Shown here piece by piece: positions 53,622-63,600 of a stretch of DNA of 64,000 bases. Location: assembly GCA_000002445.1 (NCBI GenBank), contig CH464491.1, positions 3,520,001-3,584,000 on the forward strand, read 5' to 3'. This DNA comes from Trypanosoma brucei. Taxonomy: Eukaryota. A program made the position numbers and the translations under genes. The first letter of the stretch is position 1, and every line of letters begins with the position of its first letter. The notes beneath the pieces were generated by a model. That model saw nothing but the letters and a program-made list of their open reading frames with translations. It had not been told where the DNA came from and made no database searches.

Positions 53622-56001
53622 TTCCAGTGAGTCGTTTTTTTGTCCTGTTTGCGCTCTTGCGTCCTCGCCTGAGACAATAGCAGAGTTTTGTCCCGGTACA
53701 AGCAGCACTTTCCCTCTTTACTAGTTCCCAGGCAAAAAAAAAAAACAGAAGGAGAGGGATAGGGAGAAGGACACTTTGATTTTTTTTTTTTTTGCAGAGC
53801 TTGCAAGTCCTCACGTCTTTTTTCCCCCATTCCGTGTGCAAGCCCGATAAAGGACGAATGGGAATAAACCATTTAACCAGAGAAATACTGTATAATAATA
53901 TAGCCTCTTACACTCACTTATAAAACCATTTTTTTTTTTTTGTTACCACCCTATTCGTCTCCTTTCCAAATATCACAATTCATTTAACACAATAGTGAGA
54001 TGAATTACACACCGCCCCTTCCTCAGTTCTATCATCGCTATTCCCCTCCCTTATCTTTTGCCAACCATTGCCTTTGCGGGAATCCACATTAAAAGAATTG
54101 TCACCACACGTCATACCTAAGTACAAAACACCATCTGTTGATATCATTCCATTCCATTCCACTTCCTTTTCTTTCCCTCACCCTCAACCTTCCCACCGTT
54201 TCCATCGGTTAGCTACGGTCTGTCGTAACCGTTTCTTCCCTCCATGCTACGGTAGGGTACCGCAGAATATAACTCAAAGACACAAAACGATACCATGCCC
54301 AACAATTTCTCTCCACACTAAAAAACAACAGCAACAACAGCAGCACAAAGTGTGTGTTTTTCTAAAAAAAAAAAAAACGCCCCCTAAAAAAAAAAAATGG
54401 GCGAAACCGGTTGGGGACAGTTTCCCCTTTTGTTTCTTCTGCTTGTCACCCAATCCAGCTCACTGAATCAACGTGACTGCCCTTCACATTTTCATTACTT
54501 TTGTCAGTTAATGATAATCTCACTCGAAGGAGGTGAATGTTAGAGAAAACAACTAAACAACGACAAAAAGCAGCCTCCCCATATTTCCACTTTCCTCTCC
54601 ATCCTCACAAAAATATCAACATCATCCCTCCCCACACCATCGTTTTTGTTGTTATTATTATTACTTTCGTTATTCACTTATTAAACTTTACATCATGAAG
54701 ATCTCCGGGAGAGAAAGTGCATATACACACAAAGAGTCGAGTGCGAGGGGCCCTGCTGGAACCGGTCGGTCGCACATCCACTTTGCGGTGACCGTCAGCT
54801 ACGGTTGTAATAATTCCCATGTGGGAACTTCTTTCCTCCCTCTCCCCCCTTGGCCTATCTCTTTTCTCAGCATCCCGAGACACCCCGCCCCTGCTGCTAT
54901 TACCACGCGCCAACCCAAGTGAAAACAAAGAAGAAAAAAAACTGTGGTAAAAGGACATGACTATTACCTAAAGCAATAACCACAAAACAAAGTGACGCTA
55001 GCAACAAACAAGCACACAAAACTGCAATATAGAAAGGTAAGAAGGTTAGGGCATACCAAAGTTGCCAAAAAAATGTAAAAGGAATGCCAAAATCACCGAG
55101 GATGGGGCCAGACGCAGGAACAAAAGCAAGAATAAAGTAAGTCTGCCGCCGAGTATAAGCCCCGAACGCGCAAATCTTACCTTGTATTCTCGTCCCTGCC
55201 TCACAAACAAGCGTATGTGTACGCGTTCCCCTCCACACCCCTTTTGGCCAACTCATAGAAAACACTCCCGTTTAGCTACTTATTTACTTCCTCCTTTGGT
55301 TGTAGAGCCGGACGCGACGCGTACCCGGAGAACGATTCTTCAGGGAGAAGTAAAAGCAGAACATAATGCAAAAAAAAAAAAAATGAAAAAGATGTCGAAA
55401 ATGAGGCTGGTGACAAGCCCTTTGCAGGGCCGGCGCCTTTTCGCATCTCATATTGTGTTTGATAAATGATGTTTTTCTCTCCCTTTTCCCTGGGGAAGAA
55501 GGAAAAGAACCAGAATTGCAAAAAGAAAAAAGAAGACAACAACTATCTGAAATGAAAACAGAGAAAAAAATACACATTGCGCATACACTAACAATAAATA
55601 TCCCCACCCATGTATGGGAAAGAACGGCAACAACACCAAAAGAAAATAGAATATAAGCACAAAAAGGGAGAAAAAGAACCTGAATAAAAGAAGTGTTCAT
55701 ACTCGTACACATCTGCAGCTCCCCACACAAAATGTCACTGGCATATTGGAGGAAAGGATTCAATAAATAGGAATAACACGGTGGAGCTTTTATTATTATT
55801 ATTTTCTTTAGTTCCTGGAAATGCATTGATTTTCTGTAGATTTCCCCCTGCCTGTCTTTAACAAACTAGTGAACCTTCAATGGCCTACATTACCGCAAGT
55901 AGCGGTGGTGTTCCCACTATAAAGGTGGGGAATTGACCCAGAATCCACTTCCCTGCAGCTTTCCGGCATCACTTTTTTACATACAACCAATTAATTGAGC
56001 A

Positions 56002-58521
56002 CTATTTCTCCCGTCTGCGGACGACAAAGGCCACCGTATTCAAGGGCGATCCATTGAACTTGAATCGAGACTCCAACATGTTTCCGCTTTTATCGATGAA
56101 GGACAAAAGACAAGGGGTAGTACGTAGATTGACCTTGTCTCGTGCATAGGTTGCGGAGTAGAGCGCGCTAAAGCATATCTCCGAAACCGCACTGTACTCC
56201 TCCCCTATTTCGCTCTTGAGGATGTAATGGTGTCTGTCTAACAAGTCAACCTCGACAACGAAGGTACAGTATCGAGCAAGGGATGTCCAACGCACTAGGC
56301 ATTCCAGGGGTTCACGCTCTCCGGTGGTTGCGGCAAGAAGGTGACGCATGATCACGAAATCGTACATTTTTCCACCAACGCTACCACCATCAAAGACTTT
56401 ATCAATCCGGATATTACCGCAAAGCACGGTGCGTGACTTATTACTGCTGGTAGAGAGCCCTATGTTACAAGGCTTTGCGCACAACAGCCGTTGTGCAGCA
56501 GGGTTTTTCATAATTCGATCTGCTTCCCGCGACGTTGGCAGTTCACACGTTTTCTGCCGATGGTTGGTGGGCTTTGGAAGAACAATAAGAACGCTAATGG
56601 TACCCGTGGCAGCACCTTCAGCACCATAGACCCCGCGTTCCGGGAAACCGAAGCGTTTTGCATTATTTTCTGGTGTTATCCACTGCTCCCGTTCATAGTT
56701 AACCGCTACATCTTCCGTCTGGTAATCGAAGGCCTCGTTACGTAGCCAATCGCCCGACTCACTGTCACAGATGGGTGCACGCCTCCGCGCTTGCTCGATC
56801 TCCAAGCGCCTCCTTCGCCTCCTTTCCTGCTCCTCCGGTGGCATGTCCTTGAGGTAGCGTGTCCCCCCGAAGTTGTAATCCTTCAACTTGACGTTAAGTT
56901 TGTGCATGCCCATGGAGCCTTGGAGCATACCAATTTCATTTATGCATGCATTATCCAGGTGGGCGGCAAACATTCCCCAGAAGCTTTGCTCTTCCTTCTT
57001 GTTTACTTCACGGTCACCAAATGCTCCACACATCAGCTGCTTCGCTACATCGCACAAGTCAAAAAAGGCAAAGTTCATGGCAGACGTATTGTTCCAACTG
57101 AATCTTGTGCGGGTCGGGTTGGTCTCCTTTTGATGTTCCCATTCCTTTTTCACGAGTTGTAGCCAGTGTGTTCGACTCTGAGTCCATATGTTAACGAACT
57201 CTTCTCCAAACATTTTTTGGAGATTTTCCTTGTCAAGATAATGCCGCTTATTCATAGCTTCGTTCAAAATATCGCCCTTCTCGCTGAACCCACCCAAATA
57301 ATGCATTTGCACATTGGTGTGCTTGTGGACTGGTATAATTTCTTCCGGTGCGCGCCGCGGTAGTCCATCAGCTACTTCCACCGGCTCACCAAACAGTTCC
57401 GTCATCAGCGATGCATTTTCTCGCACCAAGCCGTGCAACCTGGTGAGCATCGCAGCTGCACAGCCACGTAGGGCCCATGCACTTGCTGCACAACTAAACG
57501 GTGTCAAGGAAACCGGATATACCGGGGCAGGCTTATTGGTGTTTTCTCCGTTGTCCTTCTGCTCAATATGGTTGAAAGAGAGCGACGTGGATTTTTCTTC
57601 CTTAGCCTTCTTAAGGCGCCTCCGGTATTCCTCCACGCAAGGTTGCTCCCCCAGAGCCGCCCTATAGTAGAACACACACGACAACCGATTCCAGGTAGCG
57701 TTGGCCTCCTTGGCCTCTAGCTCCGTGTTTGAGTGGAACAGGTGCGTGTCGAAGAGTAAGACATCTGTTGGCTGCATGTTGAAGCAAACACCATAGTCAT
57801 CGAGGGCTAGGCTAAGACCACTATACTCACCTTTGAGCACAGCTAGGACACCATAACCGTTATCGAAGTCGCCATTGTCTGTGTGTGAGGCGGTGCGAAA
57901 CCGCTCATTGACTGTCAGTGTCGAAAAAGGAGAACCGTGGATGCGTACTACGTCCGGCACCGCTGCATCCTGTGCTTTCCAGTGGTCTGGAAGAGCAGCC
58001 TTATAAATTGCGCTCGTATAGTCAATCATAGGGAACACACTTCGCCACTCTTTAGTGTGCTCGTAGGTAAAGGAGGTCTTGCGACACTTCAGTTCCACGG
58101 GGGTACCACGGTAGTCGAAATAACCAGCAATGCCACTATTAGGGGAAACCCCACCGAACAGTGCCGAACGAAGGGAGGTACGCGCCACCGCGCACTCAAG
58201 GACGTCCGCTGCCATAGAGGTTGCGAACGATGGTAGAGCCTTTGGTATTAACACCCCACAGACCTTTCCCTTTGCGTTTCTGAACACTGTGGTACCATGG
58301 AAGTCAACTGTATGGTCGGCGTTGTTGTGAAATGGATGCTTTTTCACAGCCTCCTGAAAGGCCTTTTCGGCCTTCTCCCTCGCCTCGGCATCAATCTGGG
58401 AACCCTGCATGTAGTGGTTAAAGGCGTACACCACATCATTCGACGGTTGATAAACGTCCCAGCCGGGTTTCATGGAGTCATCTGCTTTCTCCCTCAGTAC
58501 CTTCTTCACCTGCCTTCGCAT
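56002..58521 (-). CDS. JBP1: J-binding protein 1 (thymidine hydroxylase of base J biosynthesis, TET/JBP 2OG-Fe(II) dioxygenase), 839 aa
   Basis: TET/JBP dioxygenase core RFRTASHTDNGDFDNGYGVLAVLKGEYSGLSLALDDYGVCFNMQPTDVLLFDTHLFHSNTE (H-x-D ... H). The track's first codon is GTG; the ATG three codons in gives MRRQVKKVLREK and a length of 839 aa, which matches my recollection of T. brucei JBP1. No SNF2 ATPase domain is present, so this is not JBP2. Confidence 0.8.
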   Translation of the reverse strand: MRRQVKKVLREKADDSMKPGWDVYQPSNDVVYAFNHYMQGSQIDAEAREKAEKAFQEAVKKHPFHNNADHTVDFHGTTVFRNAKGKVCGVLIPKALPSFATSMAADVLECAVARTSLRSALFGGVSPNSGIAGYFDYRGTPVELKCRKTSFTYEHTKEWRSVFPMIDYTSAIYKAALPDHWKAQDAAVPDVVRIHGSPFSTLTVNERFRTASHTDNGDFDNGYGVLAVLKGEYSGLSLALDDYGVCFNMQPTDVLLFDTHLFHSNTELEAKEANATWNRLSCVFYYRAALGEQPCVEEYRRRLKKAKEEKSTSLSFNHIEQKDNGENTNKPAPVYPVSLTPFSCAASAWALRGCAAAMLTRLHGLVRENASLMTELFGEPVEVADGLPRRAPEEIIPVHKHTNVQMHYLGGFSEKGDILNEAMNKRHYLDKENLQKMFGEEFVNIWTQSRTHWLQLVKKEWEHQKETNPTRTRFSWNNTSAMNFAFFDLCDVAKQLMCGAFGDREVNKKEEQSFWGMFAAHLDNACINEIGMLQGSMGMHKLNVKLKDYNFGGTRYLKDMPPEEQERRRRRRLEIEQARRRAPICDSESGDWLRNEAFDYQTEDVAVNYEREQWITPENNAKRFGFPERGVYGAEGAATGTISVLIVLPKPTNHRQKTCELPTSREADRIMKNPAAQRLLCAKPCNIGLSTSSNKSRTVLCGNIRIDKVFDGGSVGGKMYDFVIMRHLLAATTGEREPLECLVRWTSLARYCTFVVEVDLLDRHHYILKSEIGEEYSAVSEICFSALYSATYARDKVNLRTTPCLLSFIDKSGNMLESRFKFNGSPLNTVAFVVRRREK

Positions 58522-59164
58522 TCGTCCCACCGCGTCTTCTTTTCCACCAGCTCCTCTATGTCCAGGACGTTATTTTTTCTTTTTCAAATCGTGCCGCACG
58601 TGAAACGGTACCCCGGTGACTCCGCACAAAATACGCCCCAACGCTGCCAGCTAGCCCCCTTCCCGGAGTCAAAGGATTGAAGCTCGTGCGGGGCCTTTGT
58701 CTGCTGTAGCTGCCTTTCATCAGATAAAGAAGCATGATTGGTGGAAAAGAGTGTTGGCAGCAGCTTGAAAAGGAGGGAAACCAACGATAGTATCCAAGGA
58801 ACAAGGTATGGGAAGAAAATGCAGCGATCAGCCATAACCGGCCGGGGAAAAAACTAAAAAAAATATAGGAAGAGGGGAGAATGATGGTGTCCGAGCTAAA
58901 CAAATAACAAGCCAATCGAGTCACCCGCTTACGATCACTCCTCTACATTGTACAACACTTGTGTGATTGATCACACAATAGAATGACTCGCAGCGATAAG
59001 GGTGCCATCATAAAACGGCTGGTGATGGTGTGTGGAGAAGCGGCAACGCAGCGTTAAGACGATAAGAACATAAGGCAGATGAATTCGTGCACCCGCGCAG
59101 GTGCAATACACTCGTACCTTTTGTGTGTACTACACAATAGATAAAGAAATAGAGCGGATTAGAC

Positions 59165-59524
59165 TCAGCTTGAGAATAGAAAGTATATAATAATGGCCAC
59201 GATAGAAGACGTCACCGCAATAAGCTCAAGGGAAAAGGCGCTGGTGGTTGATGTTTCGGAAGAGGCTTTCAAGATCTTTACGTCCTCGGGGCTCAACCTG
59301 CCCACACAATATTTTTTGAGCTCTTCCTTCGCCATGTCACTGTGCCCAACCGAATTAAAGTCATCTGTCCCATCTTTACCGGCCACCCCAAGGAGTGTGT
59401 CTACGCCACCAGGATGTTGGCTAACGTACTTGGTGACATCATAAACTTTCTCGTCAATGCTGATCCACAAATCACCTTCTGCCGCATGCTTTTGAAGCTC
59501 TTTCAGCGATACAAACCCCTCCAT
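59165..59524 (-). CDS. cytochrome b5, tail-anchored
   Basis: Heme-binding motif YVSQHPGGVDTLLGVAGKDGTDDFNSVGHS and a C-terminal TM helix LIAVTSSIVAIIIYFLF; ATG at 59522-59524 checked. Confidence 0.7.
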   Translation of the reverse strand: MEGFVSLKELQKHAAEGDLWISIDEKVYDVTKYVSQHPGGVDTLLGVAGKDGTDDFNSVGHSDMAKEELKKYCVGRLSPEDVKILKASSETSTTSAFSLELIAVTSSIVAIIIYFLFSS

Positions 59525-59552
59525 GTATATATATATATAAATAAATATATAT
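59525..59552. repeat. (TA)n / AT-rich microsatellite immediately upstream of the cytochrome b5 start
   Basis: gtatatatatatatataaataaatatatatg read directly. Confidence 0.8.
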
Positions 59553-59891
59553 GTTTTCCTTTTGCCCGGCGGCTGCCAAAATCTGTGACTTGTTATTCTT
59601 CTTGAGTAAAGTCTCGATTAGTGAGAAGGAAGAGAAAAGGAAGAATAAAAATGCTGACGGCCTCTACTAGCCGTTTCTTACCCTACTTCATTTGTGTTTT
59701 TGTGGTTTCTGTTGCTCTTTTACCTGACGTTCAGTGCGAAGCTTCACTCCGCAGTTTTAACCACCTGCCCCACGATCCTTCGGGAGATACAGCTGTAACG
59801 TCAACCCCATGACGATGGCAAGCCGGAAGTAGGAAGAAACCACGGCACCACTCACTCTTCAACTTTGCACATTGCCAGTGCCTCCGCACAT

Positions 59892-60299
59892 TTAGATCCC
59901 AACTCTTGCGGGAGTACCAGGCATGGCGCCTAATCGCACCATCTCGGCAATCGTAACAAACTCAACGAACCCGATGCGCCGCCGCGCTCCGTCACAGCGT
60001 TCCCTCTGGGAGTAGCCTTCATACGGTGGTGGGGGTGGCATGCAAGCTTCCTGGTGAAGTCGGCACTCAATGTGATACAACTCGGGGTTCATCACACCTC
60101 TAAGCACATCCGGCGGAACGGTTATATGATTTCCTGCACCCTTGCGCTGCTGCTGCTGCCGCTTCTGCTTTTGCTGCCGGAAGACTCGCATTTCCACCTT
60201 CTCTAAGTTGGAGCTAAGATCCTTCAGGCATGCCTTCATGCGCCGCTCACGGATGCTCTTCCGTGCACGCCTCACAAGCTTCATCTTAGGGTGGCTCAT
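59892..60299 (-). CDS. hypothetical basic protein (135 aa)
   Basis: ATG at 60297-60299 checked; K/R/Q-rich N-terminal half; no recognised domain. Confidence 0.35.
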   Translation of the reverse strand: MSHPKMKLVRRARKSIRERRMKACLKDLSSNLEKVEMRVFRQQKQKRQQQQRKGAGNHITVPPDVLRGVMNPELYHIECRLHQEACMPPPPPYEGYSQRERCDGARRRIGFVEFVTIAEMVRLGAMPGTPARVGI

Positions 60300-60687
60300 C
60301 TACCTTTTGGTTGTTGAGCACTTTCCAGCCACACTTACTTTGTAGAGGCCGTGTGCAGGCGATAGGGCGCATGGAAAAGGTGTGAAAGGGAAGATGCCAA
60401 CAGGGCTCGCATAGTCCCGCATCATTTGCAACCAGGGAGTAGTAGCGTGATAGAGACAGGATGACAAATCTACATTAACTTACATATGTGCGGCCAAGTG
60501 GAAAAAGAGTCCACCTTTGAACACAAAAAAACCCTTTCAAAGGAAAAGAAAGAAATGCTTGTGAAAGGCGGTTATCTTCACTCGGTTGTTCTGCTTTTAA
60601 GAACTTCCTTGCAACGGAGTACATACCGAGATGTTACAGTACAAATATTAACCTCTACATTTTGCCGTCCCCCGTAGTTTCCACTTC

Positions 60688-63600
60688 TCACGGTGCAGTG
60701 GCAATTTCACATTCCATGAACCGTACATATGGGATCGGAATTGGTTCTTTGTGCTGCTGCTTCTGTAAACGACGAAACTTGCGTACGGAACACGTACACT
60801 TTACCTCATAAAGATATGCCACATGATCCACATCCAGCGTGCGGTAGCCGAAAAGCGGGTTAACAGGAAGCCGCCATGACAAACATCGCATAACGATAGC
60901 GTTTACCCAGTGCGTAATGTTCTGTTTTTGCGCGGGGTCGTCGTCTTCAAAGTTAACACGAACACCAGCAGCGCAGGCTGTGAGGCGAATACCGACGTTA
61001 CATTCTTGAGGCCTACACTTCTCTACCTCACTTTCCACAGCTTCCATGACAATACCGTCGATACCCTTGTTGTTCTGCGTCAACACGAAGTAAATCGTTC
61101 TTTTGAAGAGTATCTCCTTCAGGGGGCCGGCTTGCACCAGAATGTTCTTGAAAACACTGAACATATCCGGCTGAACGACAGCGCTCCCTACCGCAAATCG
61201 CATGACGACATGAACTTCCTTTGAGTCCCTCTCGCGTCTCAGTTTGTCGCGTGCATCGGAGTCTAGTGGGCAGGTGTGAATGGGGATGAGCTCTGCAGTA
61301 AATGGCAACTCGCGGTCGAGCTCCTTCCTCGCCGCGGCATACGTTTGCTCATCGACTACAGACTGCATCTGTGACACTACGTAGGTGGCCAAAGACCTCC
61401 AGTCTCGCTGCTCCGCAGTAGTCTCAATACCCCCCCGCAGTATAGCGGCCTTTGTGTGAGCCGAAACACGTGGCAACCGTCCATCGAAGGCCTTCTTCAG
61501 GATGTCAGTGAAAACACGCCGCTGTTGTGGTTTGTAAGGGAATCGCAACGTGTTGCCCGTGCTGCTTGCCAAGCAAGCAAAACCACAGGTCATCGGAGTG
61601 ATAGGTTCCAAATCGAAGGCAACAACACGCTGCAACCCTACAGGCGTCATATGTCGCTGGAAAATTAGCTGCATAAGCTCCCCGACCTCGCACAGTGTGT
61701 TTGCGTACGGGTTGACAAAAAGATTCTCGCACGGCAGAATGAAGTTCATTCCCGCCTCATTTTGCCTGTACAAACGTTCATATTCCTCCGTAGATTCGAT
61801 GGCTAGCTTTATCTCCCGGATGATCATCAGAACTTCTGTATCGTATTCTGCTTCGCACGCCATGCGAAGGTTTGCTTCCTCATCCTCTGTCTCCGCCACC
61901 GCCCAACGGAACATTTCATCCCTTTGCCGAGCTGCCATTTCAGCCTCCTGCGTCGCTTTTTTGCTCATTATGACAACTTGCTTCTTTTTCGACTTGCGAG
62001 CCTTTGGTTGTGGCATGGTCTCGCGGAAGTTTTGTATCATTTGCCGGTAGCCCAGCCCACGCTCGAGGTCAATGTGAGCCCTTTGGCTCCCCTCTGAAAT
62101 AGATATGTGAAGGCTGTGGAGAGAAACTAGGATGGGTTGGCGTATCTCCATCCTTCCACCGTAACCACTAACGTACACAAATGACGTCGCATTTTGGTCA
62201 AGTTCTGCGATCGACTTAGTAATGGCCACTCTTTCAGGGTTGAGTAGGTGAGTAACTTCGTAACCCTGTCGCCTCAGCATCGACGACAACTCCTCTAGAT
62301 TATCATTTATTGACGGTATCGACTCCGCTTCTATATCATGAAGCGAGATGAGCAGCGCAGACAACCTTTCCCTAGCCTTGAGGAGAGGGTTTGCTCGAAG
62401 CACAGCGATCTCTTCAACCCGACGTTCCTGAACCTGTTTCTCATTAGCCAGGCGCAGCGCTTCCATTCGACCCATTTGTGCTCTCCAGTTCCTCTGAATC
62501 AGAACTGCAGCCCTTTCGTATGTCGCTATGTACAAGCGCCTGTTAAATAATGCTATGGAGGCTGCCTCATCGGCTGTTGCACGACCAGATAGATGATGAA
62601 TAATGTGAAGACTGGAACCGAATTCAGCGTTAAGTAAGTGATTGTGCAGCACGGCGCTAAGAAGCCACGGCTTCCCGCTGTTCTGCAGGGAACGAACAAG
62701 GTCCTCAGTTACGATGCTCTTTCCGCTCACGGTTATAGGTCCCAGTTTCCATGTCGTGAAGGGCTTTAGGGTGTCAGAAAGAAGAACGGAGTCCACACTG
62801 TTTATCATATGGTTTAGCATGATTTCTCTGCGCCCTTTGGTACCCGCCACCGCATAAGCATACTGCCACCGTAGCATACTTTGGTTGAATGTGGCGTCTG
62901 GTGGAAGCACGGGACCGTGCAGGTTGAGAAGAGTTACGTGGCAATCGCCAATTCTGATGACAAACATAAAATGACCAACGGGCTTCTCCAAGGACAGTGC
63001 TTCGTTGACTATCTCCTCAAACTGAACAAGGGTCTCCACATGTCTGAAACAACTTTCGGGCAGTGCCCTCCACGTTTTCCACTCCGGCCGAGCGTCACAT
63101 ATGTGCTGCTCGACGACCCTCAGTTCCACAGAAGCACCGGCTAGCACATCATATGGTACCTCGCGCACAACACCTGATTGGCTGAATTCGCATGTGAACA
63201 CAACCGCAGCCAGCGAAACAGCATTGTTCATGTGGATGAAAACTTCATCCTGCGCAGTGGTATCTTGCCCCTCTTCGTGTGTTTCCTCCAGATACGGGTA
63301 CCAAAAAACATCATGACGACGAATTGCGCATGTTTTTTCACTGATCAGTAGTCCGTGGTTGCACCGGCCGCTTGAGTCTTGCAGCACATATGAGCCTGGC
63401 CCCTCATTCATCACCAACGTCGCGAGCGGCACGCCGCGTGCGGAGATGAAACACCGGGAGATTTCACCATAGAAAGGGCACTGCACTCTGTAGCTACGCA
63501 CGTTATGGCCACCGAGACAGATCCAATCATCGAATGGTATAAATTTCCCTGGTCCCTCCCGCACCAGGTAGAACAGCTCTTGCGGTGTGCCGTCAACTTT

